Source: Candidatus Pacearchaeota archaeon (GTDB lineage Archaea > Nanobdellota > Nanobdellia > Pacearchaeales > GW2011-AR1). From it: a DNA stretch of 44,750 bases. Shown in pieces: positions 16,702 to 25,947 of this stretch. Position 1 is the first letter of the stretch; each line of letters starts with the position of its first letter. The stretch covers positions 1 to 44,750 of the forward strand of contig JAGVXM010000035.1 of assembly GCA_018303785.1 (NCBI GenBank), given 5' to 3'. A model generated the notes under the pieces. The model did not search any database, was not told the DNA's origin, and saw only the letters and a program-made list of their open reading frames with translations. The translations under genes were made by a program, and so were the position numbers.

Positions 16702-16710
16702 TAAATCTAA

Positions 16711-18111
16711 TTATTTTTTCAATTCTTTTTCCAAAACTTTTTTAGCAATAACAAAATCAGCTCGTTTTTGAGTAACCTGCATTATCTGCCCCATCAAAAA
16801 ATGAAACGCCTTATCTTCGCCGTTTTTGTAATCAGCTGCACTGTTTTTATGTTTATCCAAAATCGATAATATAATTTTCTGTAGTTCTTTCTCATCATCA
16901 ATTTTCTCGGATTTCTTTGCCTCATTTCCAGGCGAGAAAGATTTAGGCACAAACTTCCTTAAAATTTCCTTCGCTTTTAATGGCGTTATAACCTCTTTCC
17001 GCAATAAATCCAAAAGTTCGATGAAATGTTTCGGATCCACAGAAACCTCATCCATAGTTTTTTTATTATAGTTTAAAACCGAAAGCCATTCGATTGTTAT
17101 CCAAGGCAATGCAAACTTAGGCGGAATTTTTTCAGCGATTTCTTCAAAAAATTCAACAATTTCTAAATTTTTTGTTAAAACCTTTGCATCATCAGGTGAA
17201 ATTTTATGCTTTGAGATAATAGCGCTCAATTTCTGCATTGGAGTCTCCGGAATATTTTTCTGTAGCTCGGCAATTCTTTTTTTTGTCAAAGGTATCATCG
17301 GCAAATCAGGATCAGAAATAAAACGATAATCAGCCTGCTCTTCTTTGCTCCTCATTAATTCGGTTGCATTTTTAAATGAATTCCATCGACGAGTTTCTCG
17401 TTTAATCGGCTTTTCTTTTATATGTCTAGAAACTTCGGCATGAATTGCTTTAACAATTTCAGAAGCAGAATTAACATTTTTTATTTCCGCACGTTCGGTC
17501 AGTCCCTTAATATTTATATTCACATCAGCTTTAATTCCCGCATCTTTGTTCAATGCTTTTATATAAGAGAGCGTAAGAACTAATTTCCTCAACCAATCTT
17601 CAACATCTTCAGCGTTAGTAAAATCTGGTTCAGTAACAATTTCAACTAAAGGGACACCAGCACGATTATAATCTATAGCTCCCGTTTCAGGATTCCAAGC
17701 CGCAGGATCTTCTTCTAAATGAATTTCTCTAATCCTAATTCCTTCGAACCTGCCATTTTCAGCAACATGATGCGAATGCGCACCAGAAATAGTTTTCTGA
17801 TAACCATAAGGCATGTCTGGCCAACGATAATGTTTTCGTTGAAAAATTAATGGTTTATTTTCTTCTATGCTATTAATTTTACATCCTAAAATTAAACCAA
17901 TTTCGATAATTTTGTCGATAGCAGACTTATTTGGCAGCATAGGTTTAGCGCCAGGTTGTCCGGTACAAATCGGGCACACATTAGTGTTAGGCTTAATTTT
18001 CTTCATATCGTGAAAATTCTTGCATCGACAAAATAATTTCTCCTCGGTTTCAATATAACCATGAATTTCCAATCCAATTAACACTTTATCTTTCCATTTT
18101 TCGTTATCCAT
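16711..18111 (-). CDS. gatB: Asp/Glu-tRNA(Asn/Gln) amidotransferase subunit B
   Basis: 466 aa. GLEIHGYIET..KLFCRC, CPICTGQPGAKPMLN-type motif, and a C-terminal GatB/YqeY-like helical domain (FHFLMGQIMQVTQKRAD). Confidence 0.9.
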   Translation of the reverse strand: MDNEKWKDKVLIGLEIHGYIETEEKLFCRCKNFHDMKKIKPNTNVCPICTGQPGAKPMLPNKSAIDKIIEIGLILGCKINSIEENKPLIFQRKHYRWPDMPYGYQKTISGAHSHHVAENGRFEGIRIREIHLEEDPAAWNPETGAIDYNRAGVPLVEIVTEPDFTNAEDVEDWLRKLVLTLSYIKALNKDAGIKADVNINIKGLTERAEIKNVNSASEIVKAIHAEVSRHIKEKPIKRETRRWNSFKNATELMRSKEEQADYRFISDPDLPMIPLTKKRIAELQKNIPETPMQKLSAIISKHKISPDDAKVLTKNLEIVEFFEEIAEKIPPKFALPWITIEWLSVLNYNKKTMDEVSVDPKHFIELLDLLRKEVITPLKAKEILRKFVPKSFSPGNEAKKSEKIDDEKELQKIILSILDKHKNSAADYKNGEDKAFHFLMGQIMQVTQKRADFVIAKKVLEKELKK

Positions 18112-18160
18112 ATGAATATCATAAAATGGAAGTTTAAGAAGTTTTTTGTTAAGTGAAAAA

Positions 18161-18168
18161 TTTAAAAG
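18161..18168 (+). promoter_or_regulatory. TATA box for the aIF5B gene
   Basis: TTTAAAAG is centred 25.5 nt upstream of the ATG at 18190. Confidence 0.5.
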
Positions 18169-18189
18169 CTTCCTCTATTTCCGATTATT

Positions 18190-19923
18190 ATGGAACATAT
18201 TAAATCTCCCATAATTACAGTAGCAGGTCATGTTGATCACGGGAAAACAAGCATACTAGATAGTATACGAAAAACCAGTGTTCAAGAAGGAGAGGCAGGA
18301 GGTATTACTCAAAAAATTTCCTTTACAAAAGTTCCGCTCAAATATATCAAAGAAAAATGTCCGCTGATTGATAAACACAAAATTCAATTAGATTTTCCAG
18401 GATTTCTTTTTATAGATACGCCAGGACACGCAGCATTTTCACATTTACGTAAACGAGGGGGAAGTTTAGCAGATTTAGCAATTGTAGTCATTGATATTAA
18501 TGAAGGAATAATGACACAAACAATGGAAGTTTTAGAAATATTGAGAATGAATAAAGTTCCATTTATTGTTGCTTTAAATAAAATAGATAATATTTGGGGA
18601 TGGAAAAAAAGATCTGAAGATTTGAAAACTAATATAGATTCACAATCAATAAATGCAAAAGTACAATTCGATGAAAAAGTCATAACGCTCATGGGTTCGT
18701 TACATCATCATGGATTTAATGCCAAATTATTTTACGAAATAAAAGACTTCTCTAAAGAACTTGCGTTAGTACCTTGTTCAGCGCGTACACAAGAAGGGAT
18801 TCCCGAACTTATTTTAACTATGTCAGGTTTATCTCAAAAATTTCTCAAATCACAATTAGTATTAGGGGGTGAAGCGAAAGGAGTAATCCTGGAAATAAAA
18901 CGTGAACGTTCAATGGAATACTGCGAGGCAATTTTATACGACGGCGTGATAACAAATAAAGATGAAATCGCGATTGCAAGTTTCGATGATCCAATTATTA
19001 CTAAAATAAGAGTGTTGGAAGAAATTGAACCAATATCCTATAAATTTAAACCAGCAGAAAAAATTACAGCAGCTGCAGGAATTAGACTTCAATTAATCGA
19101 TGCAAAAAATGTTCTTCCTGGAATGCCCTTTGTAATTTACAAAAACAATACTCAAGAAATAAAAAAAATATTTGAAAAAGAAGTTGGACAAAAAATCAAG
19201 ACAAGTGATAAAGGCATTGTTGTTAAAGCAGATTCATTAGGCAGTTTAGAGGCACTTTTAACTTTATTAAGACAAGAAAACATTTCTGTTATTAATGCAG
19301 GAATTGGAAAAATAAATAAAAAAGATGTAATCAGTGCAAAAGCAAATCTTGAAAATGATCCAGTCAACGCTATAATTATCGGCTTCAATGTCGATAAAGA
19401 TGAAGATGTTAAAGCCATGGAAACTAATGTCTCAATAGTAACGCATGAAGTAATATACAAATTAATTGATGAAGTGGTAAAACTGCATAAAGAAAAACAA
19501 AATAAAATTTTAAAGGATAGATTAATGGAACTGGCGACAATTTCAAAATTAAAAATACTCCCTCATTTTATTTTCCGGAATTCTAATCCTGCAGTTTTTG
19601 GAGTACATATTGAAGCAGGAAAACTCAAAAAAGGAATCCCCATTATAAACGAAAACGGGGAGCAGGTTGCACGTGTAAAAGATATTCAAGAGGACAAGAA
19701 AAGCGTCAACGAAGCAAATGAGGGAAAAGATATTGCCATATCGCTTCCCGGAGTAAATTTCGAACGCCAATTACAAACTATTTCCTATTTGTACTCGGAT
19801 CTATCTGAGGCACAATTTAAAAAATTTAAGGACAACAAAGATTTATTATCAAATAGCGAACTGGCGACACTACAAAAAATTGCTGAAATCAAAAGAAAAA
19901 CAAAAGTTAATTGGGGTTATTAA
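18190..19923 (+). CDS. infB: Translation initiation factor aIF5B (IF-2 family GTPase)
   Basis: 577 aa. G1 GHVDHGKTS, G3 DTPGH, G4 NKID. Archaeal-type short N-terminus. Confidence 0.92.
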   Translation: MEHIKSPIITVAGHVDHGKTSILDSIRKTSVQEGEAGGITQKISFTKVPLKYIKEKCPLIDKHKIQLDFPGFLFIDTPGHAAFSHLRKRGGSLADLAIVVIDINEGIMTQTMEVLEILRMNKVPFIVALNKIDNIWGWKKRSEDLKTNIDSQSINAKVQFDEKVITLMGSLHHHGFNAKLFYEIKDFSKELALVPCSARTQEGIPELILTMSGLSQKFLKSQLVLGGEAKGVILEIKRERSMEYCEAILYDGVITNKDEIAIASFDDPIITKIRVLEEIEPISYKFKPAEKITAAAGIRLQLIDAKNVLPGMPFVIYKNNTQEIKKIFEKEVGQKIKTSDKGIVVKADSLGSLEALLTLLRQENISVINAGIGKINKKDVISAKANLENDPVNAIIIGFNVDKDEDVKAMETNVSIVTHEVIYKLIDEVVKLHKEKQNKILKDRLMELATISKLKILPHFIFRNSNPAVFGVHIEAGKLKKGIPIINENGEQVARVKDIQEDKKSVNEANEGKDIAISLPGVNFERQLQTISYLYSDLSEAQFKKFKDNKDLLSNSELATLQKIAEIKRKTKVNWGY

Positions 19924-19937
19924 AAGAATTATAAAAA

Positions 19938-19945
19938 TTTTTAAA
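19938..19945 (+). promoter_or_regulatory. TATA box for the cyclophilin gene
   Basis: TTTTTAAA is centred 25.5 nt upstream of the ATG at 19967. Confidence 0.5.
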
Positions 19946-19966
19946 CTCTGCTTCTTATAAAAAATA

Positions 19967-20515
19967 ATGAACAAAAAACTAATCCTTGGAATAATTTTTA
20001 TACTAATAATTATTGGTGTAGTAGCATACAAATACAACATGCCTAGTCAACAATCTTCTGATAAAAAGGTAATGCTTGAAACAAACAAAGGAAACATAGT
20101 GATGCAGCTATATAGCAATATGCCGATAACTTCTTCAAATTTTGAAAAATTAGTGCAACAAGGATATTATGATGGCGTCATATTCCATCGAGTTATTAAT
20201 GGGTTTATGATTCAAGGGGGCGATCCAACCGGAACAGGACGAGGTGGTCCAGGTTATAATATTAAAGATGAATTTACGCATGTTCCGAATAAAAATAATC
20301 GAGGAACCATATCAATGGCAAATGCAGGCCCCAACACAGGAGGCAGTCAGTTTTTTATTAATTTAGTTAATAATAATTTTCTTGATGGCAGACATCCTGT
20401 CTTCGGTGAAGTTGTAGAGGGAATGGAAGTTGTTGATGCCATAGCAAAAATAAAAACTGATGCAAACGATAAGCCAGTTGAAGAAGTTAAAATTATTAAG
20501 GCGTCAATGATGTGA
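19967..20515 (+). CDS. ppiB: Cyclophilin-type peptidyl-prolyl cis-trans isomerase with an N-terminal membrane anchor
   Basis: 182 aa. FHRVINGFMIQGGDPTGTGRGGPGY and SMANAGPNTGGSQFFI. N-terminal TM LILGIIFILIIIGVVAY. Confidence 0.9.
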   Translation: MNKKLILGIIFILIIIGVVAYKYNMPSQQSSDKKVMLETNKGNIVMQLYSNMPITSSNFEKLVQQGYYDGVIFHRVINGFMIQGGDPTGTGRGGPGYNIKDEFTHVPNKNNRGTISMANAGPNTGGSQFFINLVNNNFLDGRHPVFGEVVEGMEVVDAIAKIKTDANDKPVEEVKIIKASMM

Positions 20516-20559
20516 AATTAATCATATTTATCCCTATTTTATTTATTAATTATGTCTCT

Positions 20560-21089
20560 TTATTTTTCTGTAGTAAATCCCAGAATATCTTTTTCTTCTA
20601 AATCGTTATCCAACCATAAAACTTTTAGTCGATAAGGCTCGTCTTGCAGAAGTTTAAATTGAGGTTTATTTTTATAGAAATAACGGAAGGATTTACCTTT
20701 ATTTTTTCCTTGTGCAATTATTTTATCTTTATAAATTGGATAGAGTTCTCCATTTGGAACTGAAAATATGATTATTGCTTTTATTTTGAAATCTTCCTTC
20801 TCATCATAAATTATATCTCTTTTTCTTCATATGTTGCTCCATATAATCGGAGATTTTTGCAGTCATGATTATTGTATAATTCTGGAGGGAGCAAGCCTCT
20901 ATCTCTGAATTTATTAAAATGTTTTTTAAGTAACGAGTCTATGCCTGAGGGTAAAGTAGGAAATCCGCCCTTTGGCCTTTTCCATACTTTATGTTTGTCC
21001 AGCCAAAAACAGCGGAAACAATTTTCCATCAATGATAACGATGAAGGAGATACTTTAAAGACAAGTTTTGATTCTGATTTTGCTTTCAT
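20560..21089 (-). pseudogene. Decayed Cas4/RecB-like PD-(D/E)xK nuclease gene: an N-terminal fragment followed by a start-less frame
   Basis: The 20811..21089 ORF begins VSPSSLSLMENCFRCFWLDKHKVWKRPKGGFPTLPSGIDSLLKKHFNKFRDRG, which is the N-terminal pattern of Cas4-like nucleases (S.S.L....CPRCF.L). It stops after 92 aa. An 88-codon frame with no start (RKRDIIYDEKEDFKIK…GFTTEK) continues in the -1 frame to the TAA at 20560-20562. An A5 run lies at the junction. Confidence 0.4.
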
Positions 21090-21135
21090 GATAAAACACC
21101 TTGAAAAAGAAAGAAGGGGGAATTATTAATGGTTG

Positions 21136-21660
21136 TTATTTTATTGTGGAAGATAGCCTTAAAAATAAAGCTAAAATAAATAAAAAAGTAAGATTATATA
21201 GTAAGGAAATTCCCATTATTAAATTAGAACTGCATGGTAATCTTAAACCGTCAGTTCCACAAATGAGATTCTCAATAATACTATCAAATATTAGTACTAA
21301 CGCTCCAGATAATAAAAGAATCTGACTATTCCTATTTGATTTTATTTTATTAAAACTTAAAACTATCATACTGATAAACAAATAGAAGATTGTTGCTGCA
21401 AAAACTCCGGAGACATTATACAAAAAGATATTTAAAACAGAAGCCTCTGTTTGTTGAGGGACTATTACGAATCCATATATTGTTTTGTAATTAAATTTTA
21501 TATTTGCACTTTCGTTTTCTATAACGCCAGAAATAATTGCGAAAGCAGCATGCCCCTATTCATGAATATAAAAAGAACTAATATTTATTATAACAAAAAT
21601 AATTATTGCACAGAATGCATATAATAAAGAAATTAAAAATTCATTATTTATTTTTTTCAT
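21136..21660 (-). pseudogene. Membrane zincin-like protein (HExxH after TM1, reminiscent of DUF3267) interrupted by an in-frame TAG at codon 35
   Basis: ATG at 21660. MKKINNEFLISLLYAFCAIIIFVIINISSFYIHE-TAG-GHAAFAIISG… The frame then stays open for 139 codons through 3-4 more TM segments to the TAA at 21136. The TAG at 21556-21558 occupies the first x of HExxH. The ORF track reports only the 3' part (21136..21423). Confidence 0.55.
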
Positions 21661-21881
21661 TTTATATTTAGAAATTTTCTTATAATATTTCCAATGAAAT
21701 GAAGATCTGTCGATGGATCCAGAAGAACTTTTAAGGATATTATGATGAGAATGATTAATAAAAATAAGATTGATATTTTAAATAGAAGATTTTCTATTAA
21801 ATCATTTAATTGAATAAAAAACGCTATAATTGCTCCAGTAAATAAAGCGATTGCAATTTGCTCTTTAGGTTTGTTTTCCAT
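21657..21881 (-). CDS. Small two-TM membrane protein
   Basis: 74 aa. The start shares one nt with the R-M gene stop (TAATG). Its stop overlaps the next ATG (ATGA). Confidence 0.5.
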   Translation of the reverse strand: MENKPKEQIAIALFTGAIIAFFIQLNDLIENLLFKISILFLLIILIIISLKVLLDPSTDLHFIGNIIRKFLNIK

Positions 21882-24592
21882 TATTTTAGACTATCTTCGA
21901 TAATTCTCTGCTCTTCTTCTGTGATTTCATATAATTTGTAAATTTCTTGATCGATTTCGTATTCTATATTTCTAATTTGAGTTTCTAACCTTTCTTTTTC
22001 TCCTCCGGATAATTGATCTTCAAAAAGCTTTTTTTGTAACGAATATATACGATTTACCCAAGAAATAAAATATTTTTTACACTTTTCTGGCACATTTTCT
22101 GATATAGGAATTTGCTTTGCATATACCTCGTAAAAATCCATAGATCGGATTGCATTTTGATAAATAAACTTATAAGTATAGTATTGGATTAGCTTAGAAT
22201 TTAATAGTGCAACAATAAATTCTTCTGAATATTTTTTATCGGAAACTAAAATATTTGTTACAGTATTAAAGGAAAATAAACCATCTTTATCAAAAGCTAC
22301 AGTTAACTTTATATGATCTCTAATATGTGCTACAATTCTTTGAGCTACAATATGGGGTCTATAAAATTTCTGCATTTCTTTTTTATACTTTATCAAATCT
22401 TTATCTTCAGGATCATAATATTTATTCCCCCTTATATACCATCTTTGAATATCATTTCCTCTTAAAACTTTAAGGTATCCTTTTTTTTCATGTTCTGAAA
22501 AATTTTTCATTCCTTGAATTCCTAACCCTAAAAAAATATCGGTAATATCTCCTAATTTTTTTCCAGAAGTTTCCATTTTCTTTTTTATTTCATATGCCTT
22601 TTCATTGGGTTCCAAATATAATTTATTATCATTAATGCAAATCTGTTGATTGATATTTGCAGTTTCAATAATTTCTTTCATTTCTTTTATTTTTCCAATA
22701 GCTATATTATTATCTTTTTCTAACTCTTTTTTTAAACAAAAGATTATTTGTTCCAATAAAACTTCATCAAATGCTTTTCCTGCATCAACAATTTTTTTGA
22801 TAGTTGTTTCTTTTAAAAATTTTTTTCTAATTTTATTCCATGAGTCCGTAAATGCCAACATTTTAGGAACAATCATTCCTAAATAACCGCCATCTTTTAT
22901 CAATTTTAATCCCTTATAAATAAAAACCGCTGAAACATTCATCATTCCATCTTTTATCTCTTTGAACTCTATAGTATTCTTTATCGGATCTCCTTCACGA
23001 ATTTTAAAATAAGGTGGATTCCCAATTACAATATCAAATCCCCCATTTCTGAAAACTTCTGGAAATTGTGCTTGCCAATTAAATGCTTTATCTCCGGCAA
23101 TATTAAAATCATCAATAAGAGAATTTCCACATTTTAGATTATCCTTAAGATTAGCTAATCTTCTTCTTGTTAATCTAGTTTCATTTTCTAATATTTTTAA
23201 TGCCATATTTAACTCGGCTAATTCAATTGCTTTCTCATCAAGATCAACTCCAAAAATACAATTTTCAAAAATTGTATTTTTTTGAGCAATACTCAATCGT
23301 CCTTTAAAATCTTTGAAACTTATATGCCATATCTCAGAATATTGTTTATTTTTCATTAATTCCTCTATTCGTTTACAAATTTCTTCGAATGCTCTAACAA
23401 GAAAACTTCCTGATCCACATGCTGGGTCTACAATTTTGATTTTTAAAATTTCATCAATAGATTTATCTTTGATGTACTCTCCTACAGAATTTTTAATTAT
23501 ATAATCGACTATGTAAGGAGGAGTATAATATATTCCCAATTTCTTACGTTTTCCTGTTTTAGAATTTAGTTTAACCCTTTTCTCAGAATCTTGGAGAATT
23601 GTTCCTAAATATTGTTCATAAATCATACCAAGAATATCTTTAGGAATTGCATCGAACATATATCTACCTTTATCATCATGAATCCCGAAATAAAGTCCTT
23701 TAATAACTTTAATGAGGATTGGTTCATCAAAAAATCCCTCCGTATCAAGAGTACTTTCTTCAAATAATTTTGAATCGTATTCTTTATTAAATATTTTGAA
23801 TTGTGTTTTTAATATTTCCCATAATCTTCTGGTTGTTTTACCTGCCAAATGATTTTTTACAATGTTTAATAATAAATCGCTTTCTTCTAATCCTCTATCT
23901 TCTGCAGATCGAATAAAAATTAACCTATTAATTAATATTTGAATAATTTCATCTCTTTTCTCATTAGGAATTTCATTTCTTAAATTTTTTAGATTTACGG
24001 ATAATACTCTTCTAATTTCTAACAAATCTTCTAATAAACTTTTATCTATTGGTTTATTAATTCTTATATCTTTTAATGACAAAAATTTGTTTAATTCTCC
24101 TTTTTCAAAACTTTCTTTTGAAAGTAACCATAATCTCTCAAATTTATTTTCATAATCCTCAAAATTTATCCAAAGATTTCCTTGATTATCTTTCATTAAA
24201 TTATGTTCAATATTCCTAGGATTAGATAAGGCATGATAAATTCTAATTTGTTTAAAATTAGTTAAAACGCAAAAAGATATATGTTTATTGTGTGCGTATT
24301 CAACTGCCTGCTTGCTATCTCCCTCATCTAATCGTACGCTCGTTCTTTTTGCTTCAATAACTAAAATTGATTTATTATTAAATCTCAGAATGTAGTCTGC
24401 TCTTCCTTTAAATATTTGTTCGTTTCTTTCAGCTTCCTTTCTCATATCCCAGCCGAGTGCCTCAAACAGAGGGTCTATAAATTCAACCCTAATTTGATCT
24501 TCAGATTTTTCATCTAGAATTTTTTTTTGAATTTCCTTAAATTCCTGAACAAGCTGTTTCACTTTCTCTTTCGCCTCTTCTTTTGTTAACAT
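21881..24592 (-). CDS. Type IIG restriction-modification enzyme: N-terminal PD-(D/E)xK nuclease, gamma-class N6-adenine methyltransferase and C-terminal target-recognition domain
   Basis: 903 aa. HsdR_N-like nuclease RADYILRF…ILVIEAKR. YYTPPYIVDYI. Motif I DPACGSGSFLV. Motif IV DIVIGNPPYF. Long C-terminal TRD-like region (Eco57I/TaqI-like layout). Confidence 0.85.
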   Translation of the reverse strand: MLTKEEAKEKVKQLVQEFKEIQKKILDEKSEDQIRVEFIDPLFEALGWDMRKEAERNEQIFKGRADYILRFNNKSILVIEAKRTSVRLDEGDSKQAVEYAHNKHISFCVLTNFKQIRIYHALSNPRNIEHNLMKDNQGNLWINFEDYENKFERLWLLSKESFEKGELNKFLSLKDIRINKPIDKSLLEDLLEIRRVLSVNLKNLRNEIPNEKRDEIIQILINRLIFIRSAEDRGLEESDLLLNIVKNHLAGKTTRRLWEILKTQFKIFNKEYDSKLFEESTLDTEGFFDEPILIKVIKGLYFGIHDDKGRYMFDAIPKDILGMIYEQYLGTILQDSEKRVKLNSKTGKRKKLGIYYTPPYIVDYIIKNSVGEYIKDKSIDEILKIKIVDPACGSGSFLVRAFEEICKRIEELMKNKQYSEIWHISFKDFKGRLSIAQKNTIFENCIFGVDLDEKAIELAELNMALKILENETRLTRRRLANLKDNLKCGNSLIDDFNIAGDKAFNWQAQFPEVFRNGGFDIVIGNPPYFKIREGDPIKNTIEFKEIKDGMMNVSAVFIYKGLKLIKDGGYLGMIVPKMLAFTDSWNKIRKKFLKETTIKKIVDAGKAFDEVLLEQIIFCLKKELEKDNNIAIGKIKEMKEIIETANINQQICINDNKLYLEPNEKAYEIKKKMETSGKKLGDITDIFLGLGIQGMKNFSEHEKKGYLKVLRGNDIQRWYIRGNKYYDPEDKDLIKYKKEMQKFYRPHIVAQRIVAHIRDHIKLTVAFDKDGLFSFNTVTNILVSDKKYSEEFIVALLNSKLIQYYTYKFIYQNAIRSMDFYEVYAKQIPISENVPEKCKKYFISWVNRIYSLQKKLFEDQLSGGEKERLETQIRNIEYEIDQEIYKLYEITEEEQRIIEDSLK

Positions 24593-24614
24593 TAATTTTC
24601 TAACTAGTCCCCTA

Positions 24615-24622
24615 CTTAAATT
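24615..24622 (-). promoter_or_regulatory. TATA box for the type IIG R-M gene
   Basis: cttaaatt (rc AATTTAAG) is centred 26.5 nt upstream of the ATG at 24592. Confidence 0.4.
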
Positions 24623-24639
24623 CTTTATGGTTCTCCGTT

Positions 24640-24817
24640 AAAATGCACGTTCTGTTTTCAGATATTTGCTAACATCATGTTAGTTATTTCAGTTTCTCTA
24701 AGTAAAACATTATTATTATCAATGATAAAATATGGAGTATATAAAAATTTTATATCCAAGATCATCTTTCAGAATATCTAGTGCATGTTCTTCAACTTCT
24801 TTTTCAGTTATTTTCAT
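24640..24817 (-). pseudogene. hsdR: 5' remnant of a type I restriction subunit gene (hsdR)
   Basis: The ATG at 24817 overlaps the HEPN stop (ATGA). MKITEKEVEEHALDILKDDLGYKIF… resembles HsdR N-termini (E..vE...l..L...GY). It stops after 32 codons. A further out-of-frame piece NVLLRETEITNMMLANI resembles the following HsdR segment. Confidence 0.45.
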
Positions 24818-25335
24818 TTTTGCAATACTTCCCTTATCAATTCTACAAATTCTTTTGCTCTATTCAAAGAAGTCTTGGCCTTGCTTTCTTTTATTTCTTC
24901 AGTCGTTTGATATTGAAAGCTAGATCTCTTAGCTTTTTCTCTTTCATAATCGTTCAAATAGCTATCAACTATAACCAGGGCCTTTTCCTTTTCTTCATTA
25001 TAGTTTTCAAGAAGATGGTTTTTTATCTTGTGTCTTCCTTGAGCAATTAAAGATTCATTAACGACTTGGTGAACTATTTCGCCTCCTGACTTGTATCCTA
25101 ATTTGTAAAGAAATGCGCAAGCCATGTAAAACATAGAATAATAGCCAGATACGACAACCCATAGAGAAGAAGTTTTATTTTCAAATAATTGATTTGCCAC
25201 TTGTAGACTTTCTTTTGCATTTCTTAAATAAGTTTCATAAATGATGTTGTCAAATTTATCTATCTTTTTGATCTTCCCTTCATTCAAATACATTCTAAAA
25301 TTGCTTTCTGCTTGCTTTATTCTTTTTTCATCCAT
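24814..25335 (-). CDS. HEPN-domain protein (toxin-like partner of MNT)
   Basis: 173 aa, helical. R-x5-H motif GRHKIKNH. Overlaps the upstream nucleotidyltransferase gene by 19 nt. Confidence 0.8.
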   Translation of the reverse strand: MDEKRIKQAESNFRMYLNEGKIKKIDKFDNIIYETYLRNAKESLQVANQLFENKTSSLWVVVSGYYSMFYMACAFLYKLGYKSGGEIVHQVVNESLIAQGRHKIKNHLLENYNEEKEKALVIVDSYLNDYEREKAKRSSFQYQTTEEIKESKAKTSLNRAKEFVELIREVLQK

Positions 25336-25943
25336 TTTGATATAAGATTGTAATAGTTCTCTATTCCGTAAAGTATAATATTACTTTTAACTATTTCGTG
25401 CCCAAGATTCTTTTGTGTTTTTTCAATCATCGAAATGAACTCATCTGTTGTAAATTCCTGAATTTCAAGTTTTAAAGAAAGTAAATTTAAAGATTGGATA
25501 AGTTTTTTTGTTTTTTCTTTGCTGTCAGAAATTATGCAAATGTCAATATCCGAACCTTCGGTTTTTGTGTTTTTGACATAGGAACCGAAAACAAGCACAA
25601 TCATAAAGGGGTATCCTATTTCTTCAATATCTTCTTTAATTAATCTTAATTTCGGATTTTTAGATAAGAACTCTTGCGCCCTTTTGTTTTCAACATTATA
25701 TATTTCCTGGTTTGGAGCAAGATTTAATGTTATAGGAGTAGTATTCCCCATTATTTCTCTAATGATTGCTCCGCTTGCCTGAAGTTCATTAACTATATTG
25801 TAGGTATTTTTATAATCAATAATTGCTGCGCCAGAAAGAGATAAGATAGATTGAGGTTCTCTATTTTCAATTAAAGCCTTTATCAGTCTTTCTTTTGGCT
25901 TTAGCTTAATTTCTCTATTAAAAGTATTCTTACTTTTTACCAT
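25317..25943 (-). CDS. Minimal nucleotidyltransferase (MNT) fused to an N-terminal winged-helix domain
   Basis: 208 aa. wHTH-like residues about 15-75 (LIKALIENREPQSILSLSGAAIIDYKNTYNIVNELQASGAIIRE). NTase motif VLVFGSYVKNTKTEGSDIDICII (GS…DxD). Confidence 0.8.
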   Translation of the reverse strand: MVKSKNTFNREIKLKPKERLIKALIENREPQSILSLSGAAIIDYKNTYNIVNELQASGAIIREIMGNTTPITLNLAPNQEIYNVENKRAQEFLSKNPKLRLIKEDIEEIGYPFMIVLVFGSYVKNTKTEGSDIDICIISDSKEKTKKLIQSLNLLSLKLEIQEFTTDEFISMIEKTQKNLGHEIVKSNIILYGIENYYNLISKWMKKE

Positions 25944-25947
25944 AGTA

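Noticed and set aside
21556-21558. Genome-wide reassignment of TAG (for example pyrrolysine or a sense codon) as the explanation for the in-frame TAG in the HExxH gene and the TAG at 9702
   Set aside because: TAG is the stop of several well-delimited genes. Examples are 14817-14819 (overlapped by the next gene's ATG), 41500-41502 and 8085-8087, and both halves of the decayed paralog also end in TAG. A global recoding is therefore unlikely. Local read-through cannot be excluded.
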